This document shows, one piece after another, positions 50,873 through 59,289 of a DNA stretch of 64,000 nucleotides. Each line of letters starts with the position of its first letter. Position 1 is the first letter of the stretch. Origin of the DNA: Candidatus Shapirobacteria bacterium. GTDB taxonomy: Bacteria > Patescibacteriota > Microgenomatia > UBA12405. Where the stretch lies: the NCBI GenBank assembly GCA_041649835.1, contig JBAZML010000003.1, positions 1,451-65,450 on the forward strand, written 5' to 3'. A model generated the notes under the pieces. It made no database searches, had not been told where the DNA came from, and was given only the letters and a program-made list of their open reading frames with translations. The position numbers and the translations under genes are program-made.

Positions 50873-53192
50873 CTTATTTGACACCATGCTCTCTGGTTTT
50901 TGGTTCGTAGCTGTCCTTTTAGTGGTCCTGATTTTACTTTATTTTTTAGGATATGCCCTTACTCTATGGTATCGTTGGCGTGATCGTGAAAAAAAATCTT
51001 TGGAATTAATAACACTTTTAGTTGCTGTTCCTCAGGATAATGAAGTCAAAATTGATGCCATGGAACCAATTCTTGGCGCCATCGGTAGTTTCTATAAATC
51101 AGCCCGTTTCAAATTCCTTCAAACTTTTATCTCTCAACCTAGTCTTTCATTAGAAATTATTGGTAATAAAACCGATATCCGTTTTTACATATGTATACCC
51201 GGGAAATACCGAGATTTACTTGAAAAACAAATTTATAGTGTATACGCTGGAGCTGACATTCAGGCAGTTGATGAACCTAATATTTTCTCCGAAAGTGGCA
51301 AAGTTGAGTCGGTTTGGTTGGGGTTGAAAAAATTGTCATTTTATCCTTTAAAAACTTACAAAGAGATTCCCACGGACACTCTATCGGCATTTACTTCGGT
51401 ATTATCAAAATTGGCTCCCGAAGAAACAGTTGCTATTCAATTAATTCTTTCTCCGACCGACAACTCATGGTCCAAATCAGGTAAGAGTTTTATCAGTGGT
51501 ACCAAAAAATCCGAGTCAAATCCTGAAAAAGCCTCATACAAAGTTGATGCCAAACAACTTGAAGCCATCGAAAATAAATGTAACAAAACCGGATTTGAGG
51601 TTGCTATCAGAGTTGTGGCGGTTGCTCCCACCAAAGAAGTTGCCAAGATAAATCTTTCGAATGTTAAGGCATGTTTTGGTCAACTTGAGTCACCATGGAA
51701 TAAATTATCGTCCAGAAAGACCTATTTTAAAGCTCAATTTATAGACGATTTTGTTTACAAATATCCGGTTATTTTTTGGTGGAAAAATAAAACCATTCTT
51801 TCTACTGACGAAATTGCTTCAATTTTTCATTTACCAAACAAGTCGGTTGAAACCCCAAATATATATTGGATAAAGTCAAAAAAAGCTCCTATTCCTCCAG
51901 AAGCTCCACAGGAGGGAATGTATATTGGTGACAATCTCTACCGCGGTGTTAATCGAAAATTCTGTATTACCACCTCTGATCGTCAACGTCATTTTTATAT
52001 CGTCGGACAAACTGGTGTTGGTAAATCTTGGTTGCTGGCTGACATGGCTCTTCAGGATATTAAAGCCGGGCGGGGTGTTTGTTTTATTGATCCTCATGAT
52101 ACCTATGAAAGTATTCTCGAAAGAATTCCTCCGGAAAGAATTGAAGATGTTATTTATTTTGATCCTTCTCAAACTGAGCGACCCATGGGTTTTAACGTTA
52201 TGGAGTGTGACCGTGAAGATCAAAAAGATTTTGTTACTTCATCCATTATTAACTTGATGTACAAGCTCTATGATCCTTACAAGACCGGTATTGTTGGTCC
52301 TCGTTTTGAACATGCTATCCGCAACATTATGTTGACAGTTATGACTGAAAAGGGAGCTACTTTTATTGAAATTGTTCGTTGTTTAACTGATCCTTCTTAT
52401 GTCCAATATTTACTTCCAAAGGTAAATGATCCCATGGTTAAAAGATATTGGACTGATCAAATTGCCAATACGAATGATTTTCATAAATCAGAAGTATTAG
52501 ATTACATTGTTTCTAAATTTGGTCGTTTTATCACCAATACCATGATGAGAAACATCATTGGCCAGGGAACTTCTTCTTTTAATTTCCGTGAAGCTATGGA
52601 TAACGGTAAAATTCTCATCATCAATTTAGCCAAAGGTTCAATTGGCGAAGAAAATTCTGCTTTCTTGGGTTTAGTTTTAATTCCAAAAATACTTATTGCC
52701 GCTATGAGTCGTCAGGATGTTCCCGAAGAAAAACGTCGTGATTTTTATCTATACGTCGACGAATTTCAAAATTTTGCCACCCAGGATTTTGCTGTCATCC
52801 TTTCTGAAGCTCGTAAATATCATTTGAATTTGACTGTTGCTAATCAATTTGTTTCTCAAATGGATGAGGAGGTCAAAAATGCTGTCTTTGGAAATGTTGG
52901 TTCTATTTGCTCTTTCCGTGTCGGTATCTCAGATGCCGGTTTCTTGGTTCGTCAATTCCAACCTGAATTCAATGAGCACGATTTATTAAATCTAGGAACC
53001 GGAGAAATTTATCTGAAAACCATGGTCAATGGTGTTCCAAAATCTCCCTTCTCACTTAAAGTTGCTGCTGTAGAGAAGAAAAAGCCGGGTAATCCAGAGA
53101 TGGCTGAGATGATTAAAAAATTGTCCAGTCTCAAGTATGGACGTCCAAGAGCCATTGTTGAAGCTGAAATTGCCAAGCGCGCCAGATTATAG
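50859..53192 (+). CDS. VirD4/TraG/TrwB-like type IV coupling protein-like P-loop ATPase (DUF87/AAA_10)
   Basis: N-terminal TM region. Walker A GQTGVGKSW. CFIDPHDTYE resembles the DPKGE motif. Walker B YLYVDEFQNF. 777 aa. Confidence 0.65.
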   Translation: MTPTNLFDTMLSGFWFVAVLLVVLILLYFLGYALTLWYRWRDREKKSLELITLLVAVPQDNEVKIDAMEPILGAIGSFYKSARFKFLQTFISQPSLSLEIIGNKTDIRFYICIPGKYRDLLEKQIYSVYAGADIQAVDEPNIFSESGKVESVWLGLKKLSFYPLKTYKEIPTDTLSAFTSVLSKLAPEETVAIQLILSPTDNSWSKSGKSFISGTKKSESNPEKASYKVDAKQLEAIENKCNKTGFEVAIRVVAVAPTKEVAKINLSNVKACFGQLESPWNKLSSRKTYFKAQFIDDFVYKYPVIFWWKNKTILSTDEIASIFHLPNKSVETPNIYWIKSKKAPIPPEAPQEGMYIGDNLYRGVNRKFCITTSDRQRHFYIVGQTGVGKSWLLADMALQDIKAGRGVCFIDPHDTYESILERIPPERIEDVIYFDPSQTERPMGFNVMECDREDQKDFVTSSIINLMYKLYDPYKTGIVGPRFEHAIRNIMLTVMTEKGATFIEIVRCLTDPSYVQYLLPKVNDPMVKRYWTDQIANTNDFHKSEVLDYIVSKFGRFITNTMMRNIIGQGTSSFNFREAMDNGKILIINLAKGSIGEENSAFLGLVLIPKILIAAMSRQDVPEEKRRDFYLYVDEFQNFATQDFAVILSEARKYHLNLTVANQFVSQMDEEVKNAVFGNVGSICSFRVGISDAGFLVRQFQPEFNEHDLLNLGTGEIYLKTMVNGVPKSPFSLKVAAVEKKKPGNPEMAEMIKKLSSLKYGRPRAIVEAEIAKRARL

Positions 53193-54107
53193 TTCTTTTA
53201 ATTTAATCCCTCTTGATTCTTCTTTGGAATCAATCAACTCAAGATATTTTTCAGTAGTCGAGATTCTCTTGTGACCAACAACCTGAGACACCACATCTAA
53301 AGGTACCCCAGCTTTTAACTGAAATACGATGAATGTATTTCTCAAATCATTTACTTTAATTCCCTTAATATCGGCTTTATTAAAATATCTATTTAGTAAA
53401 CTTCTGATATTTCTAGCCAATAAAACTCGTCCGGTTTTAGTAATAAAGACATTTTTGTTTTTACTGTTATCAGCTCTGACTTCGTCTAGATATCTCTTCA
53501 AGGCAGTTTTAGCAGAATTATTCAAAGGCACTTCTCTTTGAGAGTGACTCTCATAACTTTCAACCACAATCCCATTTTCCTTAATGTCTTCCATTCTTAA
53601 ATTCTCAATTTCCTTAATTCTTAAACCGGCTTGAAGCATTAATTCTACAATCGCCGATGCTCGGATATCGTTTCTACAGGCATCGCGAAGTGATCTATAT
53701 TCAATTGGTTTCAAAATTTTGGGAATATCATTTTCATATTTAGGATGTTTAACATCACCAGAAGGATCAATACTTACTTTTCCTTCGTCTTTCAAAAATG
53801 AAAAGAAGTTTTTGATTGAATTTAATTTTCGGGAAACAGATTTGGCAGTATATCCATTTTCAGTCAAATCCTTTTTAAATTCTTCAATTTCTTTAATAGT
53901 AACTATTTCAACATTGGTAATCTGTTTTTTTGCTAAAAAAATTGACAGCTGATTAATGTCACCTTTGTAGGCTACAATAGTATTAATCGACTTCCCCTTC
54001 TTTTTTAGGGTGTCGGTGAACAAGTTTAAAGCATCATTTAAGGCTAAATTAGACATAATTTTATTATAAATATGTCTTATAGTACCACATATTAGGCTAT
54101 TCAACAA
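53187..54107 (-). CDS. Tyrosine site-specific recombinase (XerC/XerD-like)
   Basis: N-terminal core-binding domain. Catalytic residues in GLRIKE (Arg), LRNTF, GHKRISTTEKY (His-x-x-Arg ... Tyr). Confidence 0.8.
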   Translation of the reverse strand: MLNSLICGTIRHIYNKIMSNLALNDALNLFTDTLKKKGKSINTIVAYKGDINQLSIFLAKKQITNVEIVTIKEIEEFKKDLTENGYTAKSVSRKLNSIKNFFSFLKDEGKVSIDPSGDVKHPKYENDIPKILKPIEYRSLRDACRNDIRASAIVELMLQAGLRIKEIENLRMEDIKENGIVVESYESHSQREVPLNNSAKTALKRYLDEVRADNSKNKNVFITKTGRVLLARNIRSLLNRYFNKADIKGIKVNDLRNTFIVFQLKAGVPLDVVSQVVGHKRISTTEKYLELIDSKEESRGIKLKEL

Positions 54108-54341
54108 CTATGCTAAAAAAACACCTATATCAGGTCATTTTTATAGTAATTATTATTTCGTCAATTTTGGGGATATCAAAACAGTTAAGTCTTCTCTTAA
54201 ACGCTCGTCAACAGACTTACAGTCTTGAACAAAAAGTTTTGAATTTAGTAAAAAGAAATGAGTCTCTAAAAAAGTCCCTAAATCCTTAAATATTTACTCA
54301 TTTCAACTGTTGTGCTAGAATCCAACAGTCCTAAGACAACA

Positions 54342-54411
54342 TGCGGGGTAGTGTACGGCTGCACGTGAGGCTCATAATCTCACAGGCTGGGTTCAACCCC
54401 CAGCCCCGCAA
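54342..54411 (+). tRNA. tRNA-Met (anticodon CAT) with initiator-like acceptor stem
   Basis: Acceptor TGCGGGG/CCCCGCA plus discriminator A, close to E. coli tRNA-fMet (CGCGGGG/CCCCGCAA). Anticodon loop CTCATAA. T-arm CTGGG-TTCAACC-CCCAG. Short D-loop. Followed by hairpin GTCGTCA..TGACGGC plus TTTTTT. Confidence 0.55.
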
Positions 54412-54533
54412 CTAACAAAGAGGTCGTCATTAATTTGACGGCTTTTTTGTTGCAATTTTATGGTGAAATTTAAATGTAATGCAAAATTTTGCTATAAAAT
54501 ACAATTCCGATTTATCGGGATATGTTCTCAATT

Positions 54534-54542
54534 TATTGATAT
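54534..54542 (+). promoter_or_regulatory. Extended -10 promoter element (TGATATAAT) upstream of the tRNA pair
   Basis: TGnTATAAT located 16 nt upstream of the tRNA 5' end at 54558. Confidence 0.35.
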
Positions 54543-54557
54543 AATCACATTGTTTCT

Positions 54558-54631
54558 GGCAGGGTAGCTCAGTTGGTTAGAGCACGGCATTCATAACGCC
54601 GGGGTCGCGGGTTCAAGTCCCGCCTCTGCTA
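54558..54631 (+). tRNA. tRNA-Met elongator (or tRNA-Ile2), anticodon CAT
   Basis: GGCAGGG-TA-GCTC-AGTTGGTTA-GAGC, anticodon loop TTCATAA, T-arm GCGGG-TTCAAGT-CCCGC, acceptor 3' CTCTGCT (G1-U72 and G6-U67 wobbles), discriminator A. Confidence 0.75.
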
Positions 54632-54642
54632 CTTCGTTATTT

Positions 54643-54716
54643 GGGCATGTAGCTCAGTTGGTTAGAGCGCCGATCTTATAAGTCGGAAGTCCATGGTTCG
54701 AGTCCATGCATGCCTA
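54643..54716 (+). tRNA. tRNA-Ile (anticodon TAT)
   Basis: GGGCATG-TA-GCTC-AGTTGGTTA-GAGC, anticodon stem CCGAT/GTCGG with loop CTTATAA giving anticodon UAU. T-arm CATGG-TTCGAGT-CCATG. Acceptor 3' CATGCCT (G1-U72). Discriminator A. Confidence 0.7.
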
Positions 54717-54850
54717 CAATCTTGTATTCTCCCTATTTTTAGTATAAAATTAACTGTTCCAAATTTATCGGAACAATATGACCCAAGAAAAAAACGAACC
54801 TGGAGGGTGTGACCCTCTGAGTTTATTTCAAAATTCTAAGTTACTCAAAA

Positions 54851-55114
54851 ATGAATCTACAATTAATAGGTCAAATTTTGGGGTACTTTGCAGTCGGCTT
54901 TGTCGAAATGTTTTTGGCCACTCAAAGAACCTATTGGATTTCAAAAGGCCGATCACGCGCTGCGGCCCTCTTAGTGTTTTTTGAGAATTTTCTTGCCATC
55001 TACATCATTTATCAAATAGCCAATAATCTTGGCGGTAACATTATAGTTTTAATTTCTTACGCTCTCGGAAATGCTGTAGGAACTTATATCAATCTAGAGA
55101 AAGTTCCTTTTTAA
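54851..55114 (+). CDS. Small membrane protein, hypothetical
   Basis: 87 aa with 2-3 TM helices. Confidence 0.35.
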   Translation: MNLQLIGQILGYFAVGFVEMFLATQRTYWISKGRSRAAALLVFFENFLAIYIIYQIANNLGGNIIVLISYALGNAVGTYINLEKVPF

Positions 55115-55602
55115 GTCGAATTAAAGTCAATCTCATTGATATTTTTGTCTTCGACAACAGTCAAGACACCCGGTCTGGGATAATCAACCATTTCACGTTT
55201 TTCATATTCACTTCCTATTAAAATATTTTTAAGTCCAGCGATAACTGCTCCATGAGTACAAACGACAATTGTTTTATATTGTCTTTTTTTCATTTCATTT
55301 ATAAAACTCTCCAATCTTTTTACTAAATTGTCAAATATTTCGTGGCTAAATTCATTTAATCTGGCATCATTTACAAAATCTAATTCGGAAATGTTACTGA
55401 CAATTTTGTTTGATTGTTGACATCTGAGATATTCAGAAGACACGTTAAAATCAGAATTAATATCTTTTAAATAAATTGCCAATTTTTCTAAAGCTGGAAT
55501 GCCATCAGGTAATATTTCTACTGAAAAATTATCCTGAGGATAAGGTTGTCGATTTTTTGTATAAAATGTATCTCCGTGTCTAAAAAGATAGTATTTTGTC
55601 AT
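55111..55602 (-). CDS. Histidine phosphatase family protein (phosphoglycerate mutase-like)
   Basis: N-terminal LFRHGDT (RHG) motif and downstream catalytic His in CTHGAV. Confidence 0.7.
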   Translation of the reverse strand: MTKYYLFRHGDTFYTKNRQPYPQDNFSVEILPDGIPALEKLAIYLKDINSDFNVSSEYLRCQQSNKIVSNISELDFVNDARLNEFSHEIFDNLVKRLESFINEMKKRQYKTIVVCTHGAVIAGLKNILIGSEYEKREMVDYPRPGVLTVVEDKNINEIDFNST

Positions 55603-56607
55603 TTATTTAATTAATTTATTTATACTCATTTGTTCCCGGACCTTTTCTACTGTTTCGATAACCACTTTTCTGGCTCTTTTTGTACTCTCAATTAAAATTT
55701 CTTTAGCTATTTCTTGTCTTTCTTCATAGTACCTTCTTTTTTCACGAATTGGAGCCAAAAAGTTATTCATTACTACAAATAATTTTTCTTTTACCTCTTT
55801 GTCTCCTACTTGTCCCAATCTATATCTAGCTTTTAAATCTTCTACTTCAGCTTTATTTGGATTAAAAGCTTCGTGATATTCAAAAACCGGATTACCTTCA
55901 ACTTTTCCCGGATCTGTTGCATGAATTCTCTTTGGGTCTGTGTAGCAGGCTTGAATTTTTTTTCGGAGAGTTTCTTCGTCATCAGACAATAAGATTGCAT
56001 TCTGACCGCTTTTACTCATCTTCATTTTACCGTCAGTTCCTATTAATCTGGCAACCCGTCCAACTTTTGCATCTGGAATTACAAAAGTTTCACCATAAGC
56101 TTTGTTAAAATCACGGGCAATTTCTCTGGTTTGTTCAATTACCGGTAGCTGATCTTCACCGACCGGTACCAAATCAGCGTTAAAACCTAAAATATCTGCT
56201 GCCTGTAAAATTGGATAACAAATAAATCCCATCGAGGCATCCAGTTTTTTGTAATTGATTTCTTCTTTTACTGATGGATTCCTTATTGCTCTGGCATGTT
56301 TTACCATAGTTAAAAAGTAGCTATAGAGTTCTAAAGTTTCCGGAATTCCTGACTCAAGATATATCGTTGTCACTTCTGGATCAATTCCTGCAGCCAAGTT
56401 ATCTAAATAAACCTCATAAACATTTTTGTTAATTATTTCCGGATGAGTGTAATCATTAGCGTAAGCATGGACGTTGGCTAATAAAATGAAAGTGTCATAT
56501 TCGTGTTGAAGCTTAACCCTATTTTCAAGAGTACCAACATAATGACCAATATGTAACCGGCCACTGGGTGTATCACCTGTCAATATTCTTTTTTTACCTT
56601 GATTCAT
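55603..56607 (-). CDS. trpS: Tryptophan--tRNA ligase
   Basis: HIGH motif (LHIGHYVG) and KMSKS. Confidence 0.9.
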   Translation of the reverse strand: MNQGKKRILTGDTPSGRLHIGHYVGTLENRVKLQHEYDTFILLANVHAYANDYTHPEIINKNVYEVYLDNLAAGIDPEVTTIYLESGIPETLELYSYFLTMVKHARAIRNPSVKEEINYKKLDASMGFICYPILQAADILGFNADLVPVGEDQLPVIEQTREIARDFNKAYGETFVIPDAKVGRVARLIGTDGKMKMSKSGQNAILLSDDEETLRKKIQACYTDPKRIHATDPGKVEGNPVFEYHEAFNPNKAEVEDLKARYRLGQVGDKEVKEKLFVVMNNFLAPIREKRRYYEERQEIAKEILIESTKRARKVVIETVEKVREQMSINKLIK

Positions 56608-56609
56608 AT

Positions 56610-57827
56610 TTATAGTGAAATTTTAACATTTAAAAGAGGGAGGAGATTTTGATAAACATTTTCCACGTCTTTATCTCCACGTCCTGATAAATTTATGACA
56701 ATTACTTTATTCTTGGGTAAAGATCTTGCCAGTTTTATACCAAAGGCTATCGCGTGGGATGATTCCAAGGCCGGAATAATACCCTCAATTCTGCTCAGTA
56801 TTTGAAAAGCCTCAGTTGCCTCCAAATCAGTAGCAGTTTCGTTTTTTAGTCTACCAATTGATTTTAAATAACAATGTTCCGGTCCAACTCCAGGATAATC
56901 TAGGCCGGATGCTGCTGAATAACTTTCCTGAATTTCACCATTCTCATCTTGAAGCAATAAACATTTAAAACCGTGAATTACTCCAATTTTCCCCTTATAT
57001 AGTGATAATCCGTGCCTGTTTGTATTTACTCCCATTCCTGCAGGCTCAACTCCAATCATTTTTACTGAAGTTTCATCAATAAAATCATAAAATAACCCAA
57101 TAGCGTTAGATCCGCCGCCGATACAGGCTATTAAATAATCTGGTAATTTTTTTTCAATTTTATTTATTTGTCTTTTTGTTTCCTCTCCAATTATTTTTTG
57201 AAAATTTCTCACCATCATTGGATAGGGATGTGGCCCTACGGCTGACCCCAATAAATAAAATGTGCTTGTATCGTGAGCATAGGCATTAAGGGCTTCATCT
57301 ACCGCATCTTTAAGAGTCCCTTGGCCCGAGTTAACCTCTATTACTTTAGCTCCAAGTAATTTTATTTTATAAACATTGATTTTTTGGTTGACAATATCTC
57401 TTGCCCCCATATAGACATCACATTGCATTCCTAAAAGCGCCGCCACTGTTGCCGTGGCTACTCCATGTTGGCCCGCCCCGGTTTCCGCAATTAATTTTGT
57501 CTTTCCCATTCTTCTTGCTAATAAAGCTTGACCAATAGCATTATTAATTTTGTGTGCCCCGGTGTGATTTAAATCTTCGCGCTTTAGATAAATTTTGGCT
57601 CCTTCGCAAAATTTAGTCAGATTTTTAGCAAAATAAAGTGGGCTTGGTCTATTGGCGTAATTTGAATAATAAAATTGAAGATCCTTTAAAAACTCTGGAT
57701 CTTTTGAAAATTTTAAATAACTTTCTTCAAGTTCTTTTAAAACTTTTTCAAGTTGAGGTGGGACAAAGCGTCCTCCGAATTCTCCAAAATAACCTAATTT
57801 TGTGGGTAAACTATATTTTTGTTTCAT
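56610..57827 (-). CDS. trpB: Tryptophan synthase beta-chain-like protein (stand-alone TrpB)
   Basis: PLP-lysine motif [18 protein letters not shown] glycine loop. No trpA adjacent. Confidence 0.85.
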   Translation of the reverse strand: MKQKYSLPTKLGYFGEFGGRFVPPQLEKVLKELEESYLKFSKDPEFLKDLQFYYSNYANRPSPLYFAKNLTKFCEGAKIYLKREDLNHTGAHKINNAIGQALLARRMGKTKLIAETGAGQHGVATATVAALLGMQCDVYMGARDIVNQKINVYKIKLLGAKVIEVNSGQGTLKDAVDEALNAYAHDTSTFYLLGSAVGPHPYPMMVRNFQKIIGEETKRQINKIEKKLPDYLIACIGGGSNAIGLFYDFIDETSVKMIGVEPAGMGVNTNRHGLSLYKGKIGVIHGFKCLLLQDENGEIQESYSAASGLDYPGVGPEHCYLKSIGRLKNETATDLEATEAFQILSRIEGIIPALESSHAIAFGIKLARSLPKNKVIVINLSGRGDKDVENVYQNLLPLLNVKISL

Positions 57828-57861
57828 AAAATTAAAAGTAAATATTAAATAGGGGATTATG

Positions 57862-57933
57862 CAGGAACCAAGAGATTCGAACTCTTATTACTTGTTCTGG
57901 AAACGAGCGTTTTACCAATTAAACTAGATTCCC
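57862..57933 (-). tRNA. tRNA-Trp (anticodon CCA)
   Basis: Minus strand: GGGAATC-TA-GTTT-AATTGGTA-AAAC, anticodon loop TTCCAGA, T-arm AAGAG-TTCGAAT-CTCTT, acceptor 3' GGTTCCT (G1-U72, U6-G67), discriminator G. Confidence 0.75.
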
Positions 57934-58012
57934 AAACAAAAATCTCCCAAAAAACCGGGAGATTAAATATTTTTTAGAAAAATAGTTTTATGCCATTAAA
58001 ACGTCTCCCGAT
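57934..58012 (-). promoter_or_regulatory. Candidate transcription attenuator (terminator plus alternative antiterminator) 5' of tRNA-Trp/trpB/trpS
   Basis: On the minus-strand RNA: 8-bp hairpin AATCTCCC-GGTTTTTT-GGGAGATT followed by UUUUGUUUG abutting the tRNA 5' end. An upstream segment AUCGGGAGA can alternatively pair with UCUCCCGGU. Confidence 0.35.
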
Positions 58013-58169
58013 TGGGCTTGTTCGTTTCGCCAATAGAAAGAACATTTAATTAATGTCATCTTGGGTCAAATATATCACTTTTTAGTCCGCTGTCAATCTG
58101 TTATACTATCCGAGTCCTTAGTTGTGGCGAAGTCGTTAATTATCAAAGGCGCCAAACTATATAAATAAA

Positions 58170-58853
58170 ATGAAAAAAGAAAACCCAAAAATTTCCGCTG
58201 CGCTTAGAACTGTCACTGGACGTGCTGTCAAAAAACTCCGAAAATCTGGTCTTACTCCAGCAACTATTTACGGAAATAAGTTTGAACCCATATCCATCGA
58301 ACTTTTAACCTTAGAACTCAATAAACTGTTTGATCATGCTGGGGAATCTTTACTTGTTGAAATTGTTGTCGCTGAAAATAGTTATCCTGTAATCTTTAAG
58401 AATCCTCAATTCCACCCAATTTCCGGTGATTTAATTCATATTGACTGTTATAAAGTTAACCTTAAAGAAAAAATTACTACTACTGTTCCAGTTGAAATTA
58501 TTGGAGAATCTTTGGCTGTTAAAAACGGTAATACTTTAATGCAAATTCTTGACGAGATAGAAATTGAAGCTCTACCTTCTGATCTTCCTGAAAAAATTGA
58601 AATTGATATTACTAATCTACTTGAGGTGGATGACAAGGTCACCGTGGCTCAGCTCAACATCGACCGTACTTTAATTGAAATCAAAAATGATCCTGAACAA
58701 GTTGTTGTCATTATTGAAGCTCAACGGGTTGAGGAAGAAATTCCTGTCGTCGAAGAGACAACTCCGGTTGACGTTCCCGCCACTGCTCAAAAGACTGAAG
58801 AGGAAAAAGCTGCTAAGGAAGCTGAGGATGCAGCAGAGAAGTCCGATAAGTAA
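58170..58853 (+). CDS. rplY: Ribosomal protein L25 / general stress protein Ctc
   Basis: L25 N-terminal beta-barrel region (RTVTGRAVKKLRKSG..ATIYG) plus an acidic C-terminal extension, as in the Ctc form. Confidence 0.8.
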   Translation: MKKENPKISAALRTVTGRAVKKLRKSGLTPATIYGNKFEPISIELLTLELNKLFDHAGESLLVEIVVAENSYPVIFKNPQFHPISGDLIHIDCYKVNLKEKITTTVPVEIIGESLAVKNGNTLMQILDEIEIEALPSDLPEKIEIDITNLLEVDDKVTVAQLNIDRTLIEIKNDPEQVVVIIEAQRVEEEIPVVEETTPVDVPATAQKTEEEKAAKEAEDAAEKSDK

Positions 58854-59238
58854 AATATATTTTACTGATATCCTCCCGAATAGGATCAAGTTTATAGGCG
58901 CTTTCAATTGCTCTATAAGCTTGTTCTCTTTGGCTAAGTCGGTATAATAATACTGCTATTTCCATCCAATCATCGGCATTCTTTTCATTCTTTGTTTCCA
59001 AAACTCCAAGTCTTTTTTGTAATTCCTCGATTTTATTTTTTTTACTAAAATTTTCAATATCAATAATATTTAATCTTTTCTCAACTATTTTTGCTTTTTC
59101 CAAGTCACCTTTGTTTATTAATAGATACCACTTTTGTAAATTACGGTAGTATCGTTCTCCGTACGAGATTGGCCAAATCTTAACCACGTTTGCAATAATT
59201 ATCCAAATTAACAAGCTAATCAACACCGTATCTTTCAT
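58813..59238 (-). CDS. Small membrane-anchored TPR-like protein, hypothetical
   Basis: N-terminal TM, then helical repeats. Overlaps the rplY 3' end. Confidence 0.35.
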   Translation of the reverse strand: MKDTVLISLLIWIIIANVVKIWPISYGERYYRNLQKWYLLINKGDLEKAKIVEKRLNIIDIENFSKKNKIEELQKRLGVLETKNEKNADDWMEIAVLLYRLSQREQAYRAIESAYKLDPIREDISKIYFTYRTSLLHPQLP

Positions 59239-59289
59239 AATCTTCTCATTTTAGCATGTAGAGACGTCAAAAAATGATAAAATACCCCG

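Noticed and set aside
54108-54341. Possible small ORFs or an att site between the recombinase and the first tRNA
   Set aside because: Only AT-rich sequence with promoter-like elements (TTTACT..TGCTAGAAT) for the downstream tRNA. No ORF longer than 30 codons with a plausible start.
53187-54716. Classic tRNA-targeted integrative element (integrase next to tRNA as attL)
   Set aside because: The recombinase lies on the 5' side of the tRNA genes, and its neighbours on the other side are core genes (polyprenyl synthase, dnaG, rpoD within 10 kb). I could not see a direct repeat of a tRNA 3' half by eye. Kept only as a low-confidence possibility inside finding 6.
57934-58169. T-box riboswitch upstream of tRNA-Trp/trpB/trpS
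   Set aside because: Looked for the conserved T-box sequence (AGGGUGGNACCGCG-like) and a specifier loop presenting UGG; neither is present. The terminator/antiterminator pair is reported instead as an uncharacterised attenuator candidate.
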